In this document: piece after piece, positions 24,530 to 33,410 of the stretch
Layout: every line of letters begins with the position of its first letter
Numbering within the stretch: the stretch's first letter is position 1
From: Azospirillum sp. 51_20
GTDB lineage: Bacteria > Pseudomonadota > Alphaproteobacteria > RF32 > CAG-239
Reading direction: 5' to 3'
DNA length: 64,000 bases
NCBI GenBank assembly: GCA_001917175.1
Contig: MNTV01000020.1
Coordinates: forward strand, 114,810 to 178,809
Made by a program: the position numbers and the translations under genes
The notes under the pieces: model-generated
Databases searched by the model: none
What the model saw: the letters and a program-made list of their open reading frames with translations, nothing else
Told to the model about the DNA's origin: nothing

Positions 24530-24558
24530 AATATACAGAAGATTTTTTCTTTTGGCAA
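24530..24558 (-). promoter_or_regulatory. Candidate stand-alone promoter for rplQ
   Basis: Reverse strand reads TTGCCA-N17-TATATT, about 120 nt upstream of the rplQ start. Confidence 0.4.
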
Positions 24559-24666
24559 GCCTTTTTTATCCGTCGTTTTTTTGCCGGAAAACGGCAAAAT
24601 AAAACTTGTTTTTCCGCTTCTCCGAAGCTACTCTGGCAAAAACGAAAAAATCTCGGGAGGATAAAA

Positions 24667-25104
24667 ATGCGGCTTTTGATTCAGCGGGTAAAAGAAGCTT
24701 CGGTCACGGTTGACGGGCAGCGGGTGTCGGCCATCGGCGCCGGGCTGCTCGTCTTTATCGGCGTCTTCAAAAACGACGGCCGGGAACAGGCGGCGGCGCT
24801 TGCCAAAAAGACCGCCGCGCTGCGCATATTCGAAGACGAGGCCGGCAAAATGAACCTCTCGGTCAAAGACACCGGCGGCAGCGCGCTGGTCGTTTCCCAG
24901 TTTACGCTGGCCGGCGACACTTCCCGCGGCAACCGCCCCGGCTTTGACAACGCCGCCCGGCCGGAAACGGCCAAACCGCTCTACGAATATTTTTCCGAAT
25001 GTCTGCGGGCCGAAGGAATCGAGGTGCAAAACGGCATCTTTCAGGCCGACATGGCGGTCGGGCTGATCAATGACGGCCCGGTTACCTTTGTGCTTGAAAA
25101 ATAA
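24667..25104 (+). CDS. dtd: D-aminoacyl-tRNA deacylase
   Basis: [17 protein letters not shown]...[18 protein letters not shown]...[12 protein letters not shown] are classic Dtd motifs. Confidence 0.9.
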   Translation: MRLLIQRVKEASVTVDGQRVSAIGAGLLVFIGVFKNDGREQAAALAKKTAALRIFEDEAGKMNLSVKDTGGSALVVSQFTLAGDTSRGNRPGFDNAARPETAKPLYEYFSECLRAEGIEVQNGIFQADMAVGLINDGPVTFVLEK

Positions 25105-25107
25105 CCT

Positions 25108-25626
25108 TTATTTGAAATCTTTGTAAATGCGCGAGGCCACCGGTCCCTTGTCGTTCTGGTACTTGCCGTGATAAAGCCTGATTTCGCCCGCGGTCTTCCA
25201 AAACGTGATCTGCGCGATCGGCATGTTTTTGTACAGCCGGACCGGCATTGTCGCATACAGGTGAAAAGTGACGTTGCATTTGCAGCCGATGTCAAACAAA
25301 CCGGAAGTGATGTGAATGAACAGCCCCAGCCGGGCAATGCTCGACTTGGCATGCACGATCGGCACGTAGAAGTCGCTGCCGACAAACTCGTTGCTGCAGC
25401 CAAGCAGAAATTCGCCGCGTTTCATCTCATAGCCTTCGTCCGGAATTTCAAACGTCCTGGTATGCGGTTCCTTTTTCGGGTCCAGCACTTCGTCGGTGTA
25501 CATTACCAGTTTGTCGCCCAAAGTCAGATCGTAAGAATTCGTCGTTACCGCCGCCGGGTCAAACGGCTCGATCACGATTTTCCCGTTCAAAACCTCCTCA
25601 GTGATTTTATTTCCCGTCAGTATCAA
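25108..25626 (-). CDS. dCTP deaminase-fold protein lacking the catalytic Glu (paralogue 2)
   Basis: TTG start at 25626 follows GGAGAAAG, giving (M)ILTGNKITEEVLNGKIVIEPF. It has AKSSIARLGLFIH and the C-terminal KYQNDKGPVASRI. It shows NVTFHLY where Dcd has VLEFYN. Confidence 0.7.
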   Translation of the reverse strand: MILTGNKITEEVLNGKIVIEPFDPAAVTTNSYDLTLGDKLVMYTDEVLDPKKEPHTRTFEIPDEGYEMKRGEFLLGCSNEFVGSDFYVPIVHAKSSIARLGLFIHITSGLFDIGCKCNVTFHLYATMPVRLYKNMPIAQITFWKTAGEIRLYHGKYQNDKGPVASRIYKDFK

Positions 25627-26116
25627 TTTCTTTCTCCATTTTCGAGATTTGCGGGCAGGAATAAGCCGAATATCCGCCCTCGTACAAAGAGGCGTCGCCA
25701 TAGTTCAGCCAGAATGAAATCTGCCCGGTGATCATTCCCGGATATACCCGGAAAGGCTTGGCCGTCACCAGTTCCAGCGTCCATTTGTGAACCGAACCGG
25801 TATGCCCGAGATCGGCCGAAACCTGCAAAAACAGTCCCAGCCGCCCGGTCGAACTGCGGCCGATCAGCGACATCGCGCATTTGCGGCTGCCGAGCGTTTC
25901 CAGCGTATGCCCCAGATAAACCCGGTCGGGATACAGGACAAACCCTTCTTCGGGAATCTTCACCGTCCTGTACTTTCCGTCGTCTTCCTTAAACGTCAGC
26001 GTTTCCCCCAGCCGGTAGTTATAGCTGTTGGGATTGAGCTGGTCCTCGTTAAACGGCTCGATCACGATGTCGCCGTTTTCCACATACTTCTTAATTTCCG
26101 AACCGGTTAAAATCAT
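25607..26116 (-). CDS. dcd: dCTP deaminase-fold protein (paralogue 1, catalytic Glu present)
   Basis: MILTGSEIKKYVENGDIVIEPF, GRSSTGRLGLFLQ, KWTLELVT (Glu retained). The C-terminal tail is divergent. Confidence 0.75.
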   Translation of the reverse strand: MILTGSEIKKYVENGDIVIEPFNEDQLNPNSYNYRLGETLTFKEDDGKYRTVKIPEEGFVLYPDRVYLGHTLETLGSRKCAMSLIGRSSTGRLGLFLQVSADLGHTGSVHKWTLELVTAKPFRVYPGMITGQISFWLNYGDASLYEGGYSAYSCPQISKMEKEIDTDGK

Positions 26117-26125
26117 TGCCTTTTC

Positions 26126-27091
26126 CTAAAACGCCGTCAGCTCGATCCGTCCGTCTTCAATCCGGCAGCGGCCGCCGACGGGAAAAGTGACGATCGGCGT
26201 CGTGTGGCCGAAATCGACGTTGGCAATCACCGGTTTACCCGCCAGTTCCTTTTTGGCGCCCAAAATCCGTTCCAGCAGCGGCCGGTTCATTTGGTTTTCC
26301 GGCTCAAAACGCCCGAACACCACCGCCCTGACCGAAGCAAAGTCCGGATGCAGGCACAGCGCCTGCAAATTGCGGTTAAAAGTCCAGACCTCGTGTTCCG
26401 CGCAATGTTCCAGAAACAAAACGCTGTCTCTGATATCGGGAAAATAGGGCGTGCCCTTCAACTCGTCCAAAAGCCCCAGATTGCCGCCGACCAACCGTCC
26501 TTCCGCCGCTCCGGAAGCAATCTGCCAATAGCCCTCGTTTTTGACGAACTTACGGTTTTCCTGATCCCGGTACCACGGATCGTCCGACCACTCGGCGGCC
26601 GGATGCAGCTCGAACGGCTCGTTTTGAAACAGGCATTTCTTAAAATATTCGATCGTATAGTCGATTCCCTTCAGCATGCCGAAAGTGGAAAAATGCGGTC
26701 CCGAATAGGTGACCAGACCGGTCTTGGCATAAATTGCGTTTGCCAGCGCGGTAATATCGGAAAAACCACACAGGATTTTCGGATTTTCGGCAATCAGCCG
26801 ATAGTCGATCCCGGCCAGAATTTCAACCGAGTTAAATCCGCCGATCACGGTCAGAATGCCGTCGACCGTCCGGTCGGCAAAAGCCTCATGCAAATCCTCC
26901 AGCCGCGCCGCGGCAGACGAAGAACAAAATTCGTCGGTTTCTTCCGCATGCCGGCCGAAAGAAACGCTCAGTCCCATTTCCGCCAGACGCTCGCAGGCGA
27001 TCCGCCGGCATTCCCCGCTGACGATTCCCAAACTGCGCGCCGGTGCAATCACCCGGACATGCGCGCCTTTTTTCAATTTTGCCGGTATCAT
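26126..27091 (-). CDS. S66-family serine peptidase (LD-carboxypeptidase LdcA / MccF type)
   Basis: VRVIAPA..., TVIGGFNS, nucleophile motif CGFSDITAL, C-terminal ANVDFGHTTP. Confidence 0.85.
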   Translation of the reverse strand: MIPAKLKKGAHVRVIAPARSLGIVSGECRRIACERLAEMGLSVSFGRHAEETDEFCSSSAAARLEDLHEAFADRTVDGILTVIGGFNSVEILAGIDYRLIAENPKILCGFSDITALANAIYAKTGLVTYSGPHFSTFGMLKGIDYTIEYFKKCLFQNEPFELHPAAEWSDDPWYRDQENRKFVKNEGYWQIASGAAEGRLVGGNLGLLDELKGTPYFPDIRDSVLFLEHCAEHEVWTFNRNLQALCLHPDFASVRAVVFGRFEPENQMNRPLLERILGAKKELAGKPVIANVDFGHTTPIVTFPVGGRCRIEDGRIELTAF

Positions 27092-28134
27092 CTCTCATTC
27101 CTTTCCTTTTGCAAATTCAACAAAGTTCCCCGATTCAGTTCTTCGATTCGTCCGCCTTTGGCGGCAAACAGCGCCGTCATCGCCGGAGCGGCCCGCACGT
27201 CACCGAAAATCATCGCTTCCGAATGATGCAGCAGTCTGGCCAGTTCCTGCGGCCGCATTCCCGCCCGTCCGGCAAAATAATACACGCCGCGCAGATACTT
27301 GTAGAGAATTTTGCTCTGCTCGTCGCGGCTTGACGGCCGCAGTCCCTCGCGCATCATTGCCTGGGAAGTGATGATGCAGTCTTTGAACTTACGGTTCGTA
27401 TCCAAAGCCGGATGCTTCGGAAACGGATAGCAGTCCATCACGTGAGCCAACCCGTATTTTGCCTGCATGATCACCGTATCGCCGAAACCGACTTCCATAA
27501 ACAGCGGCCGCCGGCTTTCCTGCTCACGGAAAATAATGAAATTGCCGACGTCGGAATATTCCCCGGTGCGTTTGTGGCGAACGGCAAAATTGAAATTTTC
27601 CCCGTAAACGCCGTCAATGCCGACCGTATGACGGTAATATTTTTCCGGATGAGCGTCAACTTCCACCGCCGGCCAGCCGCTTTCCCGCACCAGCTGATAC
27701 AGTTCTTCGTCTTCCGAGTGCACCCTGAGCAGCAGTTCCTCCGGCGCAAGCTTCACCTTGTCGGAAAAGAAGGCCAAAGCCTGCGCAAAGGCCTCATCCT
27801 TAAGCTCATAGGGAAAAACGGTATCGATATTGGTAAAATAAGAACCCCATTTCGGCTCAAAATCGTCCGCCAGCATGTTTTTAACGTTGCGCGTACGAAC
27901 CGCGTCCTGAGCAATCACCAGTCCGCCGGCGGGAAGTTTGCCCGGATAAATATAATCTTTTTTCAACGCCGAAATCGCCGCGCCGACAAAAACCACGCTT
28001 TCATCCTGTTTGGAAGTAACCGACAGCGGCGCCGCTTCCCGGTATCCGGCCGCCCGATAATGCCGCAAAAAGGAAGACACCAGTCCCCGCCGGCACGCGT
28101 TCAGCTGCTGCCAATCTTCAAGCGCCGGCCTCAT
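27088..28134 (-). CDS. Hypothetical 348-aa protein with by-eye resemblance to the AlaRS class II catalytic core
   Basis: FLRHYRAAGYREAAPLSVTSKQDESVVFVGAAISALKK / IAQDAVRTRN / GSYFTNIDTVF / EDEELYQLV / FMEVGFGDTVIMQAKYG run parallel to AlaRS FLDFFHSKGH..SSSLVP.NDPTLLFTNAGM.QFK / SQRCVRAGG / HTFFEMLGNFSF / DDEAYEIW / DTGMGLERIAAVLQ. Coding status is solid; function is tentative. Confidence 0.45.
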   Translation of the reverse strand: MRPALEDWQQLNACRRGLVSSFLRHYRAAGYREAAPLSVTSKQDESVVFVGAAISALKKDYIYPGKLPAGGLVIAQDAVRTRNVKNMLADDFEPKWGSYFTNIDTVFPYELKDEAFAQALAFFSDKVKLAPEELLLRVHSEDEELYQLVRESGWPAVEVDAHPEKYYRHTVGIDGVYGENFNFAVRHKRTGEYSDVGNFIIFREQESRRPLFMEVGFGDTVIMQAKYGLAHVMDCYPFPKHPALDTNRKFKDCIITSQAMMREGLRPSSRDEQSKILYKYLRGVYYFAGRAGMRPQELARLLHHSEAMIFGDVRAAPAMTALFAAKGGRIEELNRGTLLNLQKERNER

Positions 28135-28943
28135 CTTCCCTTCCTCTTTTTAACACAGTCGAAAATCAGCTCGCCCGGATATTCGCCCTGCCCGAACGGC
28201 GTGCGGTCAAAATGTCCGTACAGATTTTCCACCGTCAGTTCGTTTTTCTCCAGCACCAGCGACGCCGTGTCTTTGAAAAAATAACCGGTGGTATAAAGCC
28301 ATTCGAACTTGTCGGTTTTGCCGTCCGCGTACTGTACCGAATAATATTCCTCAATGTCCTGCGTCTGCTTGAAATAATCGCGCTTGTTGATTTCCACCCG
28401 GCGATTGATTCGGTTGCCCTCTTCGTCATGATAATTGCCGTCGAAAACCACGCCTTCGCGCACCAGCATATGCACCCAGGGATTAAACAGGTCGAAGGCA
28501 AAGCGCCCGTTTTCCGTCAACAGATCCCTGGTGCTTTTAACAAAACGGTCCATCTCCTCAACCGAACGGCAATGTTGCAAAACCCGGAACGGCGCAAAAG
28601 CGAAGGCAAACTTCTTATCACTCTCAAACGCGTTGATGTCCGCCACATGGGGAACAATGTTGTCGATTCTCCGCGCCCGTGCCTTGTCGGCCAGCACCGC
28701 GACTTCGTCCCCGATCACGTCAACCGCATGAAATTCAAGATCAGGATGCTTCTCGGCAATCGGCAGCAGAACCCGCCCGGTGCCGGCGCCGATTTCAATC
28801 ACCCGGTTGTTGTCCAGCCGGCTCTTGTATTCCGTCAACAAACGGCTGTAAAAAGCAATGTCTTCCTTGCGTTCCTTGTAAAAAACGTCATAAAGTTCCG
28901 AAGCGTTTTTATATCTTTTCATCTTCACCTGCCCGACCGGCAC
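28131..28943 (-). CDS. Class I SAM-dependent methyltransferase
   Basis: Motif I VIEIGAGTGRVLLPIAEKH followed by EFHAVDV. An alternative start at 28922 (MKRYKN) is possible. Confidence 0.8.
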   Translation of the reverse strand: MPVGQVKMKRYKNASELYDVFYKERKEDIAFYSRLLTEYKSRLDNNRVIEIGAGTGRVLLPIAEKHPDLEFHAVDVIGDEVAVLADKARARRIDNIVPHVADINAFESDKKFAFAFAPFRVLQHCRSVEEMDRFVKSTRDLLTENGRFAFDLFNPWVHMLVREGVVFDGNYHDEEGNRINRRVEINKRDYFKQTQDIEEYYSVQYADGKTDKFEWLYTTGYFFKDTASLVLEKNELTVENLYGHFDRTPFGQGEYPGELIFDCVKKRKGR

Positions 28944-29022
28944 ATCGTTTCACCACTCCGCCGTCAAATAATCCTCCCCCGCCGGCGGCCGGGAAACATT
29001 GCAAAGTCTTTTATCGGGCGTT

Positions 29023-29049
29023 TTGTATACTGTACTACAGTTTGTACAA
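29023..29049. promoter_or_regulatory. Palindromic operator-like site upstream of the five-gene operon
   Basis: TTGTAT-ACTGTA-C-TACAGT-TTGTACAA. The core ACTGTACTACAGT (29029-29041) is a perfect 6-1-6 palindrome, about 80 nt upstream of the 28943 start. Confidence 0.3.
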
Positions 29050-29824
29050 AAAACAAGGACAAATATAATATATAAATAGTTGAAACGATATTTTTTTCAA
29101 TTAAAGAAGACGCGAAAAAAACGCAAAAGCGGTTTTTTCATATACGCCCCTGGAGGTGCCGGCAAATACCCGAAGGGCTTAAATGCCGCCTTCGACAACC
29201 ATCACATCATCACTCCGGAAGGCGCCGGCAAACGCCCGAAAGGCACAGCACAAGACGGTCCGGCGGAGCAAAACCTGCCCGACTCACCGCAAACGGATCC
29301 AAGTCTGCCGTCAGGTAACCCGCCCCATACTTTTTAAAACCGATTCCGGACATACCCGTTTCTTCTTCCGGTCATTTCTCCCCATGCTGCCGGTATGAAC
29401 AATAATGCGGGCTTCCGCGCTTATATCCTTCATTTTTCCCCATCCGCAAGCGCAAAACTGTTCCGACCTCTCAAATTAAACCGGTGAACTCCCGCAGACG
29501 GCGTTTCCGGCAGCATACAAACGATCGGGACAAACTCCGTCCCTTCCGGCCGGCACGGTTCCCCGAATATCTCTCCCATAGCCGGATATTTTGCAGCGCC
29601 CGGCAGCAAAAAAGGTTAAGGCCACTGCCTTCTCCGAACATCGGCCGTCATATTACGCCTTTCGGCAATATTCATAAACTATGGTATTTTTTTGGGGGCG
29701 GATACCATGATGTATCCGTAAAAAAGCCTCCGGCTTTTATTCAGACAATTGCCAAACCGTCTTTACGGCAACGGTGCTTTTTATGCACAAAGCTAAAACA
29801 CAAAACCAGCTTTTCCCTGACACG

Positions 29825-29851
29825 AAAAAAGCCCCGGCAAAACACCGGAGC
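29825..29851 (-). terminator. Rho-independent terminator
   Basis: Reverse strand: GCTCCGG-TGTTTTG-CCGGGGC followed by T6, downstream of 29872-30564. Confidence 0.6.
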
Positions 29852-29871
29852 CTTGTGCTAAAAACGCTTTG

Positions 29872-30564
29872 TCAGATTTTCACCAGCATTCGCGAACTGT
29901 CGTTGCCGCCGATTCGGGAAAATTCCCCGGCATAAGGATACCAAACCGTAAACTCCCCGTTTTCAGCCCTGCCTGTAAGCAGCCAACGAAACACCCCGTC
30001 AAAATCGGGAACACCGGCCTCATTCATCATGGCGCTCAATTCGTCTCTGCAACTCATTATATACGGCACGTCATCTTCAGCCGTCAAACGCAGATTACAT
30101 TTCGCAGCTGCCGACTGAATATCTTTGGCAAACAGATTAACCGGCGTTATGCCGGCAATGACCAGTACGGAAGAAAGCGCAAATCCGCGTAACCTTCCGC
30201 TTTTCTCAATCACATAACAAAGGCGTCCGGCATATTGTTCACGTACCGCCGCATACACTTCTGAAGAAGCCGCGTCATCGGCAACCGTAATAATCCGGTC
30301 GGAAAAACGCTTTATCAGCTTAGCGCTCAAAACCGGCTGTTCGATTCGCAGCAGGCGCCTCCGCAACAGCTCTTCCACCTGTTTGTCATGATCGGCATAA
30401 GGTTCATAACCGCGTATCATCCAATTGATCCAGGCTTCATAAACAAACGACCAGTCTTTGCCGTCGGCAAAAGATTGCCATTGTTCAACGGAAGCGTTAA
30501 CTCCGGGTGTCTTCACTGCTGTTTTTGGGCTCTCTGACAATTTTTCTTTTTGTAACAATTCCAT
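29872..30564 (-). CDS. Hypothetical protein (230 aa)
   Basis: Long ORF with its own terminator; no motif recognised. Confidence 0.6.
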   Translation of the reverse strand: MELLQKEKLSESPKTAVKTPGVNASVEQWQSFADGKDWSFVYEAWINWMIRGYEPYADHDKQVEELLRRRLLRIEQPVLSAKLIKRFSDRIITVADDAASSEVYAAVREQYAGRLCYVIEKSGRLRGFALSSVLVIAGITPVNLFAKDIQSAAAKCNLRLTAEDDVPYIMSCRDELSAMMNEAGVPDFDGVFRWLLTGRAENGEFTVWYPYAGEFSRIGGNDSSRMLVKI

Positions 30565-30657
30565 AAAGATAATAATTTTAGGTTAGTCTTAATAATTAAT
30601 CTCAGGTCGGGCAGGATAGCACTTTAAATTAAAAATACAACCCCGAAATTTGCCCCA

Positions 30658-30916
30658 CCATAAACGCCCGCCGGCAAGCCGCCGGATTTTCCCCGGCCGG
30701 ATTCCCCCCCCTTGTCAAAACGGCTTCTGTCTTTCACTTCCCCTGCCTAAAAATCTGCCGCCTCAGCCTTCCCGCCATAAACGCCCGCCGGCAAGCCGCT
30801 GAATTTTCCCCGGCCGGATTCCCCCTCTTGTCAAAACGGCTTCTGTCTTTCACTTCCCCTGCCCAAAAATCTGCCGCCTCAGCCTTCCCGCCATAAACGC
30901 CCGCCGGCTTTCCGCC
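30658..30916. repeat. Tandem direct repeat, ~2.2 x 116-117 bp
   Basis: CCATAAACGCCCGCCGGCAAGCCGC...CTGCCGCCTCAGCCTTCCCG starts at 30658, 30775 and 30891 (last copy partial). Confidence 0.8.
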
Positions 30917-31386
30917 AACAGCATTTGCCACTCGGATCCGCACAGTCGGCTCCGGCCGCCACGCTTCTGCTCTGATTTTTCACCTGTATCGTTTGTCTGC
31001 TATGTTCCTCGTTCCTATATTTTATCCGCCATATTGATTTTCGTTTTTCCCGCGACTGATACTCATAAGCCGTACCTACCGTATATATCCTTCAATTTTC
31101 AAGCTTTTCGGCAAAAACAGATTTTTTCTTCCTGCTTTCCCGTTTCTCTTTAAAATTTTCTTCTTTCCGTTTTTTCGTTTTTACAAATACCTTCGGCAGA
31201 CCGGGAGCTCTAAAACAGCCGCAAACTTTACAGTTTAAGCATGATCAAAGGCGACGACGGGACTTCTTTGCCCCGACACTTAAGCATTCAGCCCCGGGTA
31301 AGCCCGGAATATTCTGTCAGGAATGCAATAAAACAAAAAACTCTCCCGCCGCTGCGGAAGAGTTTTTATTTAACCGATATCCGGAT

Positions 31387-32397
31387 TTAGAAGTGATCGT
31401 CTACGCGTTTGATCAGTTCTTCAATGTTTTCCGGCGGCCAGCCCGGGGTTTCCATACCCAGATGAATACCCATTTTGGCCAGCACTTCTTTGATCTCGTT
31501 TAACGACTTGCGGCCGAAGTTCGGCGTCCTCAGCATCTCGGCTTCGGTCTTCTGAACCAGGTCGCCGATATAAACGATGTTGTCGTTCTTCAGGCAGTTG
31601 GCCGAACGAACCGAAAGCTCAAGTTCTTCAACCTTCTTCAACAGATTCTTGTTGAACGGCAGTTCTTCTTTTTCAACTTCGGCTTCGTTTTCCGGTTCGT
31701 CAAAATTAATGAACGGCTTTAACTGGTCTTGCAGAATGCGGGCAGAGAAGGCAACCGCGTCTTCCGGCGTAACCACACCGTTGGTTTCAACGACCAAAGT
31801 CAGCTTGTCATAGTCGGTAACCTGTCCGACACGGGTACGGTCAACACGGTAGGAAACGCGTTTGACCGGCGAATAAATCGCATCAACGGCAATCAGCCCG
31901 ATCGGCGCATCGGCCGGTTTGTTCTGGCTGGCCGGAACATAACCTTTTCCGGTATTAACCGTCAGTTCCATGTTGATTTTGGCGCCGGCGTCCAGCGTGC
32001 AGATAAAGAGATCGGGGTTTTTGATTTCAACGTCATGGCCGGTTTCAATCATCGCCGCCGTCACTTCGCACGGACCTTCCGCCTTCAGATACATGGTCTT
32101 CTGGCCTTCGCTGTGAACGGCGACGGCCAGTCCCTTGATGTTCAGGACAATATCGGTAACGTCTTCTCTTACACCCGGGATAACCGAAAATTCATGTAAC
32201 ACGCCGTCGATCTTGATCGCCGTAACGGCGCCGCCCTGCAGGGAAGAGAGCAAAATGCGTCTTAACGCGTTGCCGAGAGTAAGACCGAATCCTCTCTCCA
32301 AAGGTTCAACCACAATCTTGGCTTTGTTGCCGCCATCGCTGGGAACAATTTCAAGATTAGTCGGTTTAATAAGTTCTTGCCAATTCTTTTGAATCAC
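31387..32397 (-). CDS. rpoA: DNA-directed RNA polymerase subunit alpha
   Basis: [17 protein letters not shown]...[36 protein letters not shown]; C-terminal domain [24 protein letters not shown]. Confidence 0.95.
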   Translation of the reverse strand: MIQKNWQELIKPTNLEIVPSDGGNKAKIVVEPLERGFGLTLGNALRRILLSSLQGGAVTAIKIDGVLHEFSVIPGVREDVTDIVLNIKGLAVAVHSEGQKTMYLKAEGPCEVTAAMIETGHDVEIKNPDLFICTLDAGAKINMELTVNTGKGYVPASQNKPADAPIGLIAVDAIYSPVKRVSYRVDRTRVGQVTDYDKLTLVVETNGVVTPEDAVAFSARILQDQLKPFINFDEPENEAEVEKEELPFNKNLLKKVEELELSVRSANCLKNDNIVYIGDLVQKTEAEMLRTPNFGRKSLNEIKEVLAKMGIHLGMETPGWPPENIEELIKRVDDHF

Positions 32398-32495
32398 GTG
32401 GATATCCTCATTTAAAGTGCATATGCATATTTACAAAAAATCAAAAGACGGCGAGGCTAAAAAAACTTTTAGCCTCACTATCAAAAAGCCGAAAA

Positions 32496-32879
32496 TTACA
32501 CGCGGCGGCGTTTGCGCAGACGGCAGCCGTTGTGCGGAATCGGAGTAACGTCACGGATAGTGGTAATGGTAAAACCGACAACCTGCAAAGCTCTGATTGC
32601 GGATTCTCTGCCCGAACCCGGACCCTTGACTTCGACTTCCAAAGTTTTCATACCGTTTTCGATAGCTTTTCTGCCGGCCTCTTCGGCGGCAACCTGAGCC
32701 GCATAGGGAGTCGATTTGCGGGAACCTTTAAAGCCCTGCGCGCCGGCCGTAGACCAGGCTACGGTATTTCCCTGAGCATCAGTAATGGTGATTCGAGTGT
32801 TGTTAAAAGTAGAATTCACATGTGCGACACCGGCAGTGATGTTCTTCTTTTCTTTTTTCTTCTGTGTTGCTTTTGCCAT
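32496..32879 (-). CDS. rpsK: 30S ribosomal protein S11
   Basis: [43 protein letters not shown]. Confidence 0.95.
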   Translation of the reverse strand: MAKATQKKKEKKNITAGVAHVNSTFNNTRITITDAQGNTVAWSTAGAQGFKGSRKSTPYAAQVAAEEAGRKAIENGMKTLEVEVKGPGSGRESAIRALQVVGFTITTIRDVTPIPHNGCRLRKRRRV

Positions 32880-32897
32880 TTGGGACCCTACCTCTTC

Positions 32898-33266
32898 TTA
32901 TTTCTTCTTGTTTGCAACGGTTTTGCGTTTGCCTTTGCGGGTACGAGCATTCTGTTTGGTGCTCTGACCGCGGACCGGCAGTCCTTTACGATGACGCAGT
33001 CCTCTGTAGCAGCCGAGGTCCATCAGTCTTTTGATGTTAACCCCGACGTCGCGACGCAGTTCGCCTTCAACCAGGTAGTCGTGGTCAATAACCTCACGCA
33101 CCTTGGCAATGTCTTCCTCAGACATATCCTGTACGCGCACATCGGGCTTCACCCCTGATTTTGCGCAAATGTCCTGAGCAGTTTTTCTACCGATACCAAA
33201 AATATAAGTCAAAGCGATTTCAATTCTTTTGGCAGTCGGAATATTTACACCAGCTATACGAGCCAA
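32898..33266 (-). CDS. rpsM: 30S ribosomal protein S13
   Basis: [31 protein letters not shown]. Confidence 0.95.
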   Translation of the reverse strand: MARIAGVNIPTAKRIEIALTYIFGIGRKTAQDICAKSGVKPDVRVQDMSEEDIAKVREVIDHDYLVEGELRRDVGVNIKRLMDLGCYRGLRHRKGLPVRGQSTKQNARTRKGKRKTVANKKK

Positions 33267-33410
33267 ATTTCATCTCCATTATTTTTAAAAATTAAAACTC
33301 AAAAAGTTGATCACCACTTTTCAAAATTAAGCCGGATTATATGCTAATATTTATTTGTGTCAACCCTTACTTTCAGCATTTTTTCAAAAAAGTTACTTTT
33401 TGTTAAACAC

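Noticed and set aside
25108-26116. Calling the Dcd pair a known dCTP-deaminase nucleotide-depletion defence
   Set aside because: As far as I recall, the described defensive dCTP deaminases are larger multidomain proteins. These are minimal ~170-aa Dcd folds, one of them lacking the catalytic Glu. A housekeeping or novel role cannot be distinguished by eye.
26204-29075. Plus-strand ORFs 26204-27226, 27412-28284 and 28212-29075
   Set aside because: They are antisense shadows of the S66 peptidase, AlaRS-like and methyltransferase genes, which all show recognisable motifs on the minus strand.
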